Part shown: positions 37,816 to 48,909 of the stretch, in pieces | Position numbering within the stretch: position 1 is the stretch's first letter | Layout: every line of letters starts with the position of its first letter | Assembly (NCBI GenBank): GCA_036480375.1 | Contig: JAZGGI010000016.1 | Location: forward strand, 32,682-96,681 | Length of the DNA: 64,000 nt | Direction: 5' to 3' | From: Candidatus Zixiibacteriota bacterium | Lineage (GTDB): Bacteria; Zixibacteria; MSB-5A5; GN15; JAAZOE01 | Translations under genes and position numbers: made by a program | Notes under the pieces: generated by a model | What the model was told of the DNA's origin: nothing | Databases searched by the model: none | The model's input: only the letters and a program-made list of their open reading frames with translations

Positions 37816-40389
37816 TTAACTGCACGGCGGGGGGCCGCCTTTGAAGATGTGATTTATTAAATAAACCGCGTCGCCGACATTGGTTTCTCCGTCGTTATTG
37901 GCATCGCCGGATTCAATCGGTTCAGGTGCAGGACCGCCTTTGAAAACATGATTAATTATATAAACCGCGTCACCGACATTGACCTCATCATCGCCGTTAG
38001 CATCGCCGCATTTATAACTCAATTCAATTGTCGTCGTAAATTGTCGTTCGGATATATTGCCGTCGTCATCGCCAACCGAGGCGACAAAAGTAATAGACCC
38101 CGGATTCAAGGGGATGCCTCCCAAAAGGCCGTCGGATGTTACAGAAAAACCAGTTCCGACGAGACTATTATCCCTGTCCGCCCAAGTATGATTGCCGACA
38201 CCGCCGATAGCTTCCAGTTGATAAGAATACGTATCCCCGGTTGCGCCTCCGGGAATCGATTCGCTTGTTATCGCCAGGGGATCGTTTGTCTGATCGCATG
38301 TATAGCCGGTGATAGAAACATCATCAATATTCCAACCGCAATAGGTCCAACCATTATCGGTGCTTCCCATTGTCCAGCGGAGTATGACAGTGCTCTCATG
38401 GTCGGCAATTTCTGAAATATCAATTGTTTGTGCAACCCATTCGTTATCGCTAATTGTGGCTTCGTTTTCCCAAACAGTAACAAATCCCGTCCCGAAACCG
38501 GCTGCTTCTATTGAGGCATGATCATACTGAGAACGCTCGACCCCTAGCCAGCGCATAAAGCTAAGCGTGACTTCGCCATAATCGGAACAATCTAAAAATG
38601 GGGCCGTCAAAAATTGTGGGCCCAAATTGTCCGGATAATCGCCTGATAAATTATAACCATATACGTTTTCACCTGAATATGCATAAGATGGATCCGGGTA
38701 GCCGTGAGCTCCGCCCATGCCCAGGGGAGTTCCTCGTTCCCATTGACCGGTTGCCGTCCAGGATTTATCGGTTTCAAAATCATCCTCAAAAATAATGACT
38801 TGTTCGGATCCAACAATGACCGTCAACGGCGATCCGGGTGAGGGGTAATAAAACTGACCGTTTATGATTTCAGATGCGCTGAAATAATAAGATATTTCAT
38901 CCCCGCAGGATAAACCAGGTAAATTCGTTTGATAAGTTGTGAGATCAAGGGAAGCCATTGGGATAATTTGATATTCTCCGCCATTAATGCTGTAATGTAA
39001 GTATCCACTGTTTTGAATCGGTGTACCGCCATAGGCACCTAATACCTCAATAGTTACGGGAGTTGATTTGCCCGGTAAGACAACATTGGGAGGATTACCG
39101 GCAATGCTAAAAGCAAGACTATTATACGGAACATACGTTTGAGAAACCGTATATACAGTCGCCAACGCTGATTTTACAATCCTTGTGACATAATCAAAAT
39201 TCATATAAACAGTGCTATCCTGGAACTTATGGTAGTAATCGGAAAATATGTACTCGATTAAAAAGGTTACCTGATAACCATTTTGTTGAAATGGATAATG
39301 GTCGGACCTGCTATTGGCTCCATCATAATGGCCGGTCAAATTTACAAGAGAGTCAGCAAGATCATACCATAGGTCAGTATATTCCATCTGAGATCCATAG
39401 TGCATTGAAACGTCATTTGTATTTTCGAAATTACCAATCATATCCAGATTGAACATATACACAATACTATCGCCCCTGTCTTTGGCTTCGTTAGCATAAT
39501 GCCAGGAACCGAGCTTCCCTTGCTCTTCACCAGAATAGAGGGAGAAAACAAAGGTTAAATCGGTATCCACGTCTTTTAATATTCGAGCAATTTCCAGAAC
39601 CCCGCAGGTTCCTGAACCGTTATCGTCGGCGCCGGGAGAACCGTAGTAGGCATCTTTGTGAGCCCCGACAATAACATGATGATCCGGCATGACGGTACCA
39701 ACTTTATAGGCTATTATATTATAGCATTCGGTTAGCTCGCTATAAATAGTTGCTTCAAAAGTATCGACTACGACCGAATCGTAACCGAATTCGATTAGTT
39801 TATTAAAAATCCAATCCCGTGAATCCTTGGCTGACTGGGAGCCGGAAACCCGGGGAGGATAAGATTCCAGATGAGTATCATAAGAGTACAATGAATCCTC
39901 AAGAATACCGGAAATCAACTCAGTTAAATTATCAGGGTATCTGCTCGGATCGACAGATTTCTCGGATGGTGGAATATATTCGATATCGATACCATAATTT
40001 ATAACTGGAAATAACTCAGATTCCTGCATTTTTTCAGGCGGCATGGTTTTATCCACTCTGAAAAACCTAACCTGATCTTCGGAATATAACATCTCGAATT
40101 TTCCGATATTTTCATCATCTTGCCTATTATCAAGGGCAATTTCATTTTTTGAGATATTTTTGCCCAATAGGTGTACTCTTATCCCGCTATTTTCGATTTG
40201 TTGAGCGGCAGACTCATCTATCAAAACCAAATACCCATCATTTAATCTGGCAATTGGTTCGGCCATAGACGATTTTAGTATTAATGCATCACTTAAACTG
40301 GTGACGTCAACCTTATATAAATCAGCAGCGTAGGTAGCAGCCCCAGACCAAATGATTGCAGTGAAAGTAATCACAAGATGCTTTAACAT
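37816..40389 (-). CDS. secreted M28-family aminopeptidase with extra beta-rich domains, He_PIG-like Ig domain and C-terminal dockerin
   Basis: Start at MLKHL (40389) after AGGAG; signal peptide. M28 motif VGAHKDAYYGSPGADDNGSGTCGVLEIARIL. Ig-like ITSESIPGGATGDTYSYQLEA. Two-segment dockerin at 37819-38010. Confidence 0.85.
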   Translation of the reverse strand: MLKHLVITFTAIIWSGAATYAADLYKVDVTSLSDALILKSSMAEPIARLNDGYLVLIDESAAQQIENSGIRVHLLGKNISKNEIALDNRQDDENIGKFEMLYSEDQVRFFRVDKTMPPEKMQESELFPVINYGIDIEYIPPSEKSVDPSRYPDNLTELISGILEDSLYSYDTHLESYPPRVSGSQSAKDSRDWIFNKLIEFGYDSVVVDTFEATIYSELTECYNIIAYKVGTVMPDHHVIVGAHKDAYYGSPGADDNGSGTCGVLEIARILKDVDTDLTFVFSLYSGEEQGKLGSWHYANEAKDRGDSIVYMFNLDMIGNFENTNDVSMHYGSQMEYTDLWYDLADSLVNLTGHYDGANSRSDHYPFQQNGYQVTFLIEYIFSDYYHKFQDSTVYMNFDYVTRIVKSALATVYTVSQTYVPYNSLAFSIAGNPPNVVLPGKSTPVTIEVLGAYGGTPIQNSGYLHYSINGGEYQIIPMASLDLTTYQTNLPGLSCGDEISYYFSASEIINGQFYYPSPGSPLTVIVGSEQVIIFEDDFETDKSWTATGQWERGTPLGMGGAHGYPDPSYAYSGENVYGYNLSGDYPDNLGPQFLTAPFLDCSDYGEVTLSFMRWLGVERSQYDHASIEAAGFGTGFVTVWENEATISDNEWVAQTIDISEIADHESTVILRWTMGSTDNGWTYCGWNIDDVSITGYTCDQTNDPLAITSESIPGGATGDTYSYQLEAIGGVGNHTWADRDNSLVGTGFSVTSDGLLGGIPLNPGSITFVASVGDDDGNISERQFTTTIELSYKCGDANGDDEVNVGDAVYIINHVFKGGPAPEPIESGDANNDGETNVGDAVYLINHIFKGGPPPCS

Positions 40390-40605
40390 TTCGATCTCCT
40401 GTTTGTCCCGTTGGCGGGATAAGTAAATGAGGTACAAGTCAATATAGGATTTTTAATTAATTCGTCAAGCTCAGTTTATCCCGAACAGGTGTAAAAACAG
40501 CTTGAAGACAATGCCCTAATGAATTACTTTGAATTGGAAAAACTAAAGATGAGAAAAAAACAATAAGCATACTTCTTTTCAGGAGATTTTGAGTAGGAGG
40601 GTTTT

Positions 40606-42090
40606 GTGTACAAGCGAAGCATTCTATGTATTCTGTTTCTGGTCGCGTGTTTATCGGCCATTGTTTTAGCGGACGAGTATACGAGGGAAGTCTTTGATGA
40701 GAAATATAAAGCCGTGATTACCGAAGAGGAAGTTGGAGAATTGTGCGGGGATTTTATTAATAACGCCTCGGATATCGACGTGATACGCCGGGCGCAGGAT
40801 AGATGGAGAAGAGATGATATCGACGCGGCTCGCTCGTTTTGTGAGGAATTACTGAAATCCGATATCAATTCGGCCAAATTTACATATTTATATGGCCGGG
40901 TCGCCGAATCGCCGGTTGAAAAGATAAAACTTGGCCGAAAAGCGATTGCTCTTGACGCTGAATGGCCTTATGGATATCGGCTGCTTTTGGCAACTTACGT
41001 AAGCGATTTATTTAATGCCGATGACGATGATCCCGATGCCAAAGAATTGGCAAATATGCTTGAAGAGGATTTGGGGTATTTTACTAAATTGGCCGAGCTT
41101 CAGCCGGAAGAATCATATCCGCATGAATACGTTTATAAGCTGAATGTATATCAGAAAAATTATGACAAAGCGCTGGAACTTCTCGATAAGGGCAAAGCCG
41201 CCGAGGCGCGCTGGGCTTCTGACCGAACCTATGCCTACTTTTATGCCTTGACCGGAAAGTATGATCAATCTCTGGAAAAAATCGACGCGATGCTGGAAGA
41301 ACGTAAAGCGCAGGGGACCCCGGATGATGAGATTGCGGAGTATCGCGACTATTATTATGCCCGAGCCTTGAGAAACGCCGGGTCTTACGGAGAAATGATA
41401 AATTACTATCAGGCCAAAGAAGATTTCACGACAAACGCCGAAGCTCATTATGATGTTGCCTGCGCTTATAATTTGACGGGCGATGTTGAAAACGCCTTTA
41501 AGTCCCTGCAAACTGCTGTTGAACTTGGCTGGGATAAAGCTGGTTCTACTCAAAAAGAAGAAGATTTGGAGCCATTAAAGGATGATTCTCGTTGGCAGGA
41601 AATAATCGCGGGCGTCAAGTCCAACTGGGTTAATGGCGCGTCAGAACGCAAGGAAGAGGCTTTGAAGGAAAAACTCGATGAGTCCGCCCCGGATTGGTCC
41701 TTGCCTGACAAAGACGGCAATATGGTTAATTTGGCCGATTTTAAAGGGAAAGTAATCGTACTTGATTTTTGGGCAACATGGTGCGGGCCTTGCCGCAGAA
41801 CAATGCCGACATTGAATAAATTTATAAGGAATGACGCTCACGATGATGTCGTGGTATTTTCGATTTGTGTCTGGGAGAAGGGCCGCAAAAAACAGATTAA
41901 ATATATGGATGAAAATGATTATGCCATGACCCTTTTATACGGAAATGATGAATTAGTCAAGCTATATGGTATCTCCGGAATTCCGACCTTGGTCGTGATT
42001 GATAAGGAAGGCAATATCCGCTACAAAGAAACGGGATATAGCGAAGCTCTTTCGGATTATCTGATTTATTGGACCGAAGATTTACTATAA
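40606..42090 (+). CDS. secreted TPR protein fused to a TlpA/thioredoxin-like disulfide reductase domain
   Basis: GTG start after TAGGAGGG; signal peptide. C-terminal VIVLDFWATWCGPCRRTMP (CxxC thioredoxin fold). Confidence 0.8.
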   Translation: MYKRSILCILFLVACLSAIVLADEYTREVFDEKYKAVITEEEVGELCGDFINNASDIDVIRRAQDRWRRDDIDAARSFCEELLKSDINSAKFTYLYGRVAESPVEKIKLGRKAIALDAEWPYGYRLLLATYVSDLFNADDDDPDAKELANMLEEDLGYFTKLAELQPEESYPHEYVYKLNVYQKNYDKALELLDKGKAAEARWASDRTYAYFYALTGKYDQSLEKIDAMLEERKAQGTPDDEIAEYRDYYYARALRNAGSYGEMINYYQAKEDFTTNAEAHYDVACAYNLTGDVENAFKSLQTAVELGWDKAGSTQKEEDLEPLKDDSRWQEIIAGVKSNWVNGASERKEEALKEKLDESAPDWSLPDKDGNMVNLADFKGKVIVLDFWATWCGPCRRTMPTLNKFIRNDAHDDVVVFSICVWEKGRKKQIKYMDENDYAMTLLYGNDELVKLYGISGIPTLVVIDKEGNIRYKETGYSEALSDYLIYWTEDLL

Positions 42091-42111
42091 CGTCAAATAA
42101 ATTCCATGTTC

Positions 42112-42141
42112 AAAAGGCCGCCGTTTAGCGGCCTTTTGTTT
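42112..42141. terminator. bidirectional intrinsic terminator between convergent genes
   Basis: AAAAGGCCGC cgttta GCGGCCTTTT followed by GTTTT. Confidence 0.8.
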
Positions 42142-43965
42142 TCAGCTTATGTAAGAATTTTCCAATTCTTTAACGCGTGACGCAAATAATTCAAGAGTTG
42201 CCTCAAACGGTTCTGAGGTTGTCATGTCAACGCCGCATTTCTTTAATTGCTCAATGGGATAATCATTTCCACCGGAACGCAGGAGGTTTAAATATTTATC
42301 AATGATGCCTTCCTCACCGTCAAGAAACCGTTTGAGTATCGCCTGAGACGCGGCAAATGACGTCGCGTATTGATAAACATAGTAAGCGCGATAAAAATGA
42401 GGCACGCGTGACCATTTGTATTTCGTGAACTCGTCCACAGTATAGTCGGGACCAAAATATTTGAGTAATAAATCTTTGAGGATGCCGTTCATGATATCGG
42501 GAGACAGGGCCTGACCGCCTTCAACATGTTCATGGATTTTGAGTTCAAAGTGCGCGTACAGCACCTGTTGGAAGTACGTACCCAGGGCGCCCATCAACCA
42601 GCGGTCAGTAAGAAACGCCTTTTTATTATCATCATCGGTTTGCTGAACGAGGTAATGATGTAATAATCCTTCGTTAATGGTTGAGGCAACTTCGGCGACA
42701 AAAATGGAATAGTTTGCTTTTTGATACGGTTGATTTTGATTGGCCAGATGACTGTGCAGGGCATGTCCCATTTCGTGCGCCAGGGTAAATTGATTACTCA
42801 GTGTATTGTTATAATTCATCAAAACGAACGGGTGGGTGTTAAAATTAGCCCAGTTATAGGCTCCGCCGACTTTTCCTTCCGTTTCATATACATCGATCCA
42901 GCGGGAGTCGAATCCTCCCATGAGTACTTGTTCATATTCATTGCCGAGAGTTTTGGTCGCTTCGCGAATTTCATCGATCGCAGTCGTGTATGGTACATCA
43001 ATATTCAATTCGGAAATCAAGGGGCAATACAAATCATAAGTATAGACGGCATCAAGTTTCAGTACTTTCTTGCGCAGCGATACGTATTGGTGAAGTCCGT
43101 TTATGTATTTCTGGGTCGAATCAAGAAGTGAATGATATACGGAAGTTGGGATATTATAGACATCAAGAGCGTGATGCAGTGAACTGTCAAATTTGCGAGC
43201 CCGGGCATAGAATACATCGGCATTGACCGAAGAAGCCAGCATGGCACCCAGGGTATTGATATTGTTCTTATACGGTTCAAAGAATTTTCCGTTGGCTTCC
43301 CGCCTGACGCGGCGATCGGGCGATTCCATGAATTTCGCGAAACGCTGTTTGGTCAGTTGAACCGCGTTGCCGTTTTCGTCCTCAATTTCAGGGTATTTTA
43401 TGTCGGCGCTGTCGAACATTGAGAAAATGCTCTGTGGACCGCGGCTGATAACCGCCGACCGCGCCAAAAGCTCTTCGACTTCTCCACTGCGGATATGTTC
43501 TCGTGAGCGATTAAATTCCTTAATGTAAAAATCATAGAGATCGGTTCGGGGGAACTTTTGTCCCATCTCCTCGAGTTTATCTTTATCGATCTGCAATAAT
43601 TCCGGTTCTATAAATGAAAATGACGCTTCGGCTTTTGATGAAAGCATCGCCGCTCGCTCAGTCATGGCCTGGTATTTCGATTGACGTCCATCCAGATCTT
43701 TATTCAGGCGCGCGTATTGAAAGAGGTCAAAAACAATCAGAGACAATTTGGTGCGCAGTTCGAGGCAATTGAACAGTATTTCCGGTGATTCGGATAATTT
43801 GCCTGCGAAATCCTTCGCTTTATTGATTAATTCTTCTGCCTTCTGATTACTTTTTTCCCAGGTTTCATCCGAATCAAATATCACAGATAAATCCCATTTG
43901 TGTTTTTCCTCAATACCCGTGCGTTGAGGAATTGCTTTTTGTTCGACTACTTTGCTTTGCGACAT
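42142..43965 (-). CDS. pepF: oligoendopeptidase F (peptidase M3B)
   Basis: 607 aa with the HEMGH zinc motif (LAHEMGHALH) and a PepF-like overall sequence. Confidence 0.9.
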   Translation of the reverse strand: MSQSKVVEQKAIPQRTGIEEKHKWDLSVIFDSDETWEKSNQKAEELINKAKDFAGKLSESPEILFNCLELRTKLSLIVFDLFQYARLNKDLDGRQSKYQAMTERAAMLSSKAEASFSFIEPELLQIDKDKLEEMGQKFPRTDLYDFYIKEFNRSREHIRSGEVEELLARSAVISRGPQSIFSMFDSADIKYPEIEDENGNAVQLTKQRFAKFMESPDRRVRREANGKFFEPYKNNINTLGAMLASSVNADVFYARARKFDSSLHHALDVYNIPTSVYHSLLDSTQKYINGLHQYVSLRKKVLKLDAVYTYDLYCPLISELNIDVPYTTAIDEIREATKTLGNEYEQVLMGGFDSRWIDVYETEGKVGGAYNWANFNTHPFVLMNYNNTLSNQFTLAHEMGHALHSHLANQNQPYQKANYSIFVAEVASTINEGLLHHYLVQQTDDDNKKAFLTDRWLMGALGTYFQQVLYAHFELKIHEHVEGGQALSPDIMNGILKDLLLKYFGPDYTVDEFTKYKWSRVPHFYRAYYVYQYATSFAASQAILKRFLDGEEGIIDKYLNLLRSGGNDYPIEQLKKCGVDMTTSEPFEATLELFASRVKELENSYIS

Positions 43966-43991
43966 TTATAGTATTCCTCGCTTTTAGTAAA

Positions 43992-45161
43992 TTACAGTAC
44001 AACCAATTCAGTTTGCCGTGGCGAAAGGAAACGGGCTCCCTGATTTTCAATTACTACGTCTTCTTCAAGAGAAATATGACCAATATTTTCGAGCGTGACT
44101 TCAAGTTCGAGAGTAAATACGTTTCCGATTTCCAAAGGAATATTGGGCGATTTTCCGTAACGTTCCCACTGTGGTCCGATAAGAGCGCCGCCGTCATGAA
44201 CATATTGTCCCAGTTGATGGCCGAGGGCATGTTTATATTCAGGATAACCATTATCTTTAAGGACTTTTCTGGCATAACTGTCTATTGTCAGTCCAATTTT
44301 TCCCGGTTTACACATTTTGGCCGATTCCAAGATTATATTTTTTATAAGCTCGAATACTTTTAATACTTCATCGGGAACATCGCTCTCTTCCGGTTTTTTA
44401 AAATAAACAAGTCTCTGCAAATCGGAACAATACCCCTTATAATTCACTCCAAAATCAATATGCAGTATCTCTCCCGGTTCAATTACCGCGTCGGTAGGCG
44501 TACCGTGACCGGGTAAAGTTTTGTCTCCGGTATTAACAATTGTTGGAAATGAGATTGTGTATCCGAGAGATTCGATTTCGGAGGCAACGAGGTCTGATAC
44601 TTCTTTTTCCGTCATGCCCGTTTTAAGCTGCGGGATGACATTGTCCCATGCCTGACAGGCAAGTTCGGCCGCTTTGGAAATATTTTCAATTTCAACATCA
44701 GATTTGCGGCTGCGTAATTTTGAACAGATTTCCTCGGCCGAAATCAATTTGTCAATAAATTGGGTGCCGACCAGGTAATCGCGCAACAGATGATACATAC
44801 CGTGCGTCAGGCCGTCGGCGGAAGGATTATCTTTGGAATAATTAATAGCAATCGACTTTGGATTTAATTTTGTCAGGGTCTCTTTAATAACATCGGCGAC
44901 TCCCTCGTCATAAGGAATAATTTCCGTAAAATAACCGCTCCGTTGAAAATCAGCCTGGTCGATACTGCCTATGATAGCGATTGTCTCGCCTGAACAGGTA
45001 TAAAGAAAAAAGGACGGCCAGACAACTTCATACCCGACAACCAGGGACATGACGGGATCATTCGTTACCGCCGTTTCCCTGACAAAAACCATCCATAAAT
45101 CAATGTCCAATTCTTCCAGTAAACGAGGTACTTGTTGAATTTTGCTTTTTATAATGTCCAT
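43992..45161 (-). CDS. M24-family metallopeptidase (Xaa-Pro aminopeptidase/creatinase-like)
   Basis: Pita-bread-fold motifs (HIDFGVNYKGYCSD, HALGHQLG, FTLELE). 389 aa. Confidence 0.85.
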   Translation of the reverse strand: MDIIKSKIQQVPRLLEELDIDLWMVFVRETAVTNDPVMSLVVGYEVVWPSFFLYTCSGETIAIIGSIDQADFQRSGYFTEIIPYDEGVADVIKETLTKLNPKSIAINYSKDNPSADGLTHGMYHLLRDYLVGTQFIDKLISAEEICSKLRSRKSDVEIENISKAAELACQAWDNVIPQLKTGMTEKEVSDLVASEIESLGYTISFPTIVNTGDKTLPGHGTPTDAVIEPGEILHIDFGVNYKGYCSDLQRLVYFKKPEESDVPDEVLKVFELIKNIILESAKMCKPGKIGLTIDSYARKVLKDNGYPEYKHALGHQLGQYVHDGGALIGPQWERYGKSPNIPLEIGNVFTLELEVTLENIGHISLEEDVVIENQGARFLSPRQTELVVL

Positions 45162-45335
45162 TTCTAACCCTTCTCGAGAATGTGAAAAGCCAATTTAGTC
45201 AATGCTTGCCGATAAGACAATATGAACTTTTCGCGTATTCTATTTTAGTAGCGTTTGAAGGACAAATAACAATATATTTACTTCCGCAAATAAAGCTGAT
45301 TTATAAACGCCTAAAAAGTTTGTTGAGTTATACAA

Positions 45336-48300
45336 ATGACGGATTGGTTAATAGAAATATTGAGAGCGTACTTTCCTTTTGGATTGCAGATTTCGAAGAA
45401 ATCCTGGAATGTGTTTAATCTGAAATCTTATTTGACGGATTATCATACTTCTCGGCGAGCATCGGATATAAAATATCTGAGAGAGCTGGCTCATCTTATT
45501 AATCAGGAAAATATACGGCAATTGAAATCTGGTATTTTTATTCACGCCGGACAAATAAACACGGCCGGTTTGATAACCGATATACTCAGGTATTTGCTCA
45601 TCCGTTATTGCAACGAGGACTATCCGGGAGTAAAAGAAAGGGTTTTGGGTGAAGTGAAATCGGCTGAAGCCCAAAACGCCATGAGGAAAATTCCGCCTGC
45701 TTTTATAGATCATTATCCGCCTCCGGAAGTAATCTATGAAATGAGTACGCGGGAAGAATATCTGCGTGATAATACCGAGACTATTAAAAATCAGGAATTA
45801 ATCTTTACTGAATCGATTCTTTTGTATTTGATGGTCGCTAATCCGGCTTTTAATATATTGAAATCTCTATTTGATGATGAGGAATTTGAATCTAAAACAA
45901 AGTACTCATTATTAATAAAGGAGCAGGAAACTATATTCTCGCGCCAGCCGGTATTTGAACCTCTGGGGATGCCCCTGTTTGAATGCCTCAAAGCCCCGAT
46001 GAAAGCCTGCCCTGATTCGCTCGACGACCAGCTTGAATACATAAAGGCAAATTGGTCATCATTCCTCCCCACAGCGCTTCTTAAGGCGATAACTCGTGCC
46101 ATGGATATCTCATCCGAGGAAAAAAAGATTCGGGGATTTGGGCCGGGCCCGAATATCCCGTTGGCTTTCGACAGCCGGGCGCAATGGTATGACGATACTT
46201 ATCCTGAGCATGCCGCCTACAGCCGCGATGCCGACTGGATGTCGAATGTCGTTCTTATGGCCAAGTCGGTTTATGTCTGGCTCGATCAGCTATCGAAAAA
46301 ATATCAGCGTCATATAAAATATCTCAGTGATATCCCTGACGAAGAGCTGGATTTGCTGGCGCGCTGGGGATTTACAGGATTATGGTTGATCGGGTTGTGG
46401 GAGCGCTCTCCGGCATCGAGGAAGATTAAACAAATCATGGGCAATCCCGAAGCGGCTCCGTCGGCTTATTCGATTTATGATTATACAATTGCCCACGATT
46501 TGGGGGGAGAAACGGCTTATTTAAATATACGTGATCGCGCCTGGCAGAGAGGTATAAGGTTCGCCAGCGACATGGTTCCCAATCACATGGGTATATATTC
46601 CAATTGGGTAATTGAACATCCCGATTGGTTTTTGAATTTATCCGAATCTCCTTATCCATGGTACAGCTATACCGGTGTGGATTTATCGGAAAATGACAGG
46701 ATTGTTATCCAAATCGAAGACGGATACTGGGAAAAAAGAGACGCCGCGGTGGTTTTCAAAAGAATCGAAAAATGGACGGGGGAGACTAAGTATATTTATC
46801 ATGGTAATGACGGCACCAGCACGCCCTGGAATGATACTGCGCAGTTGAATTTTCTTATACCCGAGGTTCGAGAAGCCGTCATTCAAAATATTCTGGCCGT
46901 GGCCCGCAAATTTTCGATAATCCGTTTCGATGCCGCCATGACCCTGGCTAAAAAACACTATCAAAGACTATGGTTTCCCAAAGCGGGGGAGGGCGGTGAC
47001 ATTCCCACCCGCTCTCAATTTGGGATGTCGCGCGGGGATTTGGACAAATGTTTCCCGATTGAATTCTGGCGCGAAGTCGTCGATCGAGTCGCTGCGGAAG
47101 TCCCCGATACGCTCCTTTTGGCGGAAGCGTTCTGGCTGATGGAAGGATATTTTGTCAGGACTCTTGGAATGCACCGGGTTTACAACAGCGCTTTTATGAA
47201 CATGCTCAAAGATGAAGACAATGCCAAATATCGAATGACAATAAAAAACATTCTTGAGTTCAGCCCGCAAATATTGAAACGTTTCGTCAATTTCATGAGC
47301 AATCCTGATGAAGAAACGGCCGTGGAACAATTCGGTAAAGAAGACAAATATTTCGGAGTAGCGGTCATGATGGTGACCATGCCGGGTTTGCCCATGTTTG
47401 GACACGGTCAGATAGAAGGATTCACCGAAAAATACGGAATGGAATATTACCGCGCCTACTGGGATGAATCTCCCGACGAAACTTTGATTCACCGACATGA
47501 GCATGAAATATTTCCTTTGATGAGACGCCGCAATCTTTTCAGCGGTTCGGAAAATTTCGCCTTATTCGATTTTGTGCGTCAGGATGGAAATGTCAATGAA
47601 AATGTTTTTGCCTTCTGCAACCGTTTCGAAAATGAACGGGCTATTATCATCTATAATAATTCCTACGGCTCGACTGAAGGCAGAATACATACTTCCACGG
47701 CAATCAATATTAAAGAAGGCGAGGACAAACAGTTCGTTCATAAATCGATTGGCGAGGCGTTGAGTCTCAATACCGGTGAAAATGTATTTTATAAATTTCA
47801 TGATTATCATGTCGGGTTGGAGTATTTGCGGAGCGCCCGGCAAATAGCAAATGACGGATTGTACGTTTTTCTTAACGGCTATCACTATCATGCCTTTTTG
47901 GATTTCGTGGAAATATACGATGTGAATAATCTCTGGGGACAATTGAATGAAAGACTCGGGGGAAGAGGAGTTCGGAATCTGGAAGAAGAACTAAAGTATA
48001 TGCAATTGGAACCGGTTTTGAATCCTTTGAGAATGATTATTACTCGGAATACAATTGATGCCTTAAAAAGCGCCGACAAAGAAACAATATCGAAGATTAA
48101 AAATGATATGGATGTATTGTATAAGGCGGTCATTGGATATTTGAACACGGATACTGAATATGAAGATACAACTTCAGAAACACTTATGAATATTGAAAAA
48201 ATGAATGAGTTGTGTTCGGATAAACAATTAGTAAATTCACTAACGGGACGAGAGCATATTTTGTTGGGCGCCATAATTATCGATTCCTTAAGTAGATTTT

Positions 48301-48746
48301 CGAGAGATGATGCCAAAGAGGAAAAAACCAAATTCATTAATGCCTTATTTGATGATTGGATGTTACGGCCGACTCTGCAATCATGTTTTGAATCGATCAT
48401 TGGCGATAATTCAAAAGCCTATATAGATGCCCTGCTGGCTGAGATTCTCGTAAAGTACCCTGAACTCGTTTCGAACTTATACGAAATAGAAAAAATTGAA
48501 ATCGCCGGAGATTTCTTTGGCGACGATTTAATAAAAATATATTTGCAAGTCAATGAATATGAAAGCGTTCGGTATTTTAAAAAAGAGAATTTTGAAAAAT
48601 TAATCGACATCCTCCTATGTTTAACGGTTATAAAAAGTCCCAAAAAATCGCCGTCAAAGAATAAGATTTCGGCTCTATGCCGGGCCGCGGAGAATACCAA
48701 AAAGAGGGCCAAAAAATCGGCATACCGGCTGGATGACCTTATATGA
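45336..48746 (+). CDS. large (1136 aa) alpha-amylase-family (GH13-like) protein with long unassigned N- and C-terminal regions
   Basis: GH13-like conserved regions FASDMVPNHMG, IIRFDAAMTL, LLLAEAFW and FMSNPDEE. The flanking ~330 aa (N) and ~300 aa (C) have no recognised motif. Confidence 0.7.
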   Translation: MTDWLIEILRAYFPFGLQISKKSWNVFNLKSYLTDYHTSRRASDIKYLRELAHLINQENIRQLKSGIFIHAGQINTAGLITDILRYLLIRYCNEDYPGVKERVLGEVKSAEAQNAMRKIPPAFIDHYPPPEVIYEMSTREEYLRDNTETIKNQELIFTESILLYLMVANPAFNILKSLFDDEEFESKTKYSLLIKEQETIFSRQPVFEPLGMPLFECLKAPMKACPDSLDDQLEYIKANWSSFLPTALLKAITRAMDISSEEKKIRGFGPGPNIPLAFDSRAQWYDDTYPEHAAYSRDADWMSNVVLMAKSVYVWLDQLSKKYQRHIKYLSDIPDEELDLLARWGFTGLWLIGLWERSPASRKIKQIMGNPEAAPSAYSIYDYTIAHDLGGETAYLNIRDRAWQRGIRFASDMVPNHMGIYSNWVIEHPDWFLNLSESPYPWYSYTGVDLSENDRIVIQIEDGYWEKRDAAVVFKRIEKWTGETKYIYHGNDGTSTPWNDTAQLNFLIPEVREAVIQNILAVARKFSIIRFDAAMTLAKKHYQRLWFPKAGEGGDIPTRSQFGMSRGDLDKCFPIEFWREVVDRVAAEVPDTLLLAEAFWLMEGYFVRTLGMHRVYNSAFMNMLKDEDNAKYRMTIKNILEFSPQILKRFVNFMSNPDEETAVEQFGKEDKYFGVAVMMVTMPGLPMFGHGQIEGFTEKYGMEYYRAYWDESPDETLIHRHEHEIFPLMRRRNLFSGSENFALFDFVRQDGNVNENVFAFCNRFENERAIIIYNNSYGSTEGRIHTSTAINIKEGEDKQFVHKSIGEALSLNTGENVFYKFHDYHVGLEYLRSARQIANDGLYVFLNGYHYHAFLDFVEIYDVNNLWGQLNERLGGRGVRNLEEELKYMQLEPVLNPLRMIITRNTIDALKSADKETISKIKNDMDVLYKAVIGYLNTDTEYEDTTSETLMNIEKMNELCSDKQLVNSLTGREHILLGAIIIDSLSRFSRDDAKEEKTKFINALFDDWMLRPTLQSCFESIIGDNSKAYIDALLAEILVKYPELVSNLYEIEKIEIAGDFFGDDLIKIYLQVNEYESVRYFKKENFEKLIDILLCLTVIKSPKKSPSKNKISALCRAAENTKKRAKKSAYRLDDLI

Positions 48747-48909
48747 TTATTGAACGATAGCTAATTTCATGCCGTATATTAAAACTCAACAGTTTGAATA
48801 TTAAACAGTTGGTGCTAAAAGTGTTAACTGTTTATACTTCAAGCACAGATTTACCGGATTTTCCCAAAATATTTTAAATTGTGTCGCCTGCCTGTCCGAT
48901 AATCCGACT

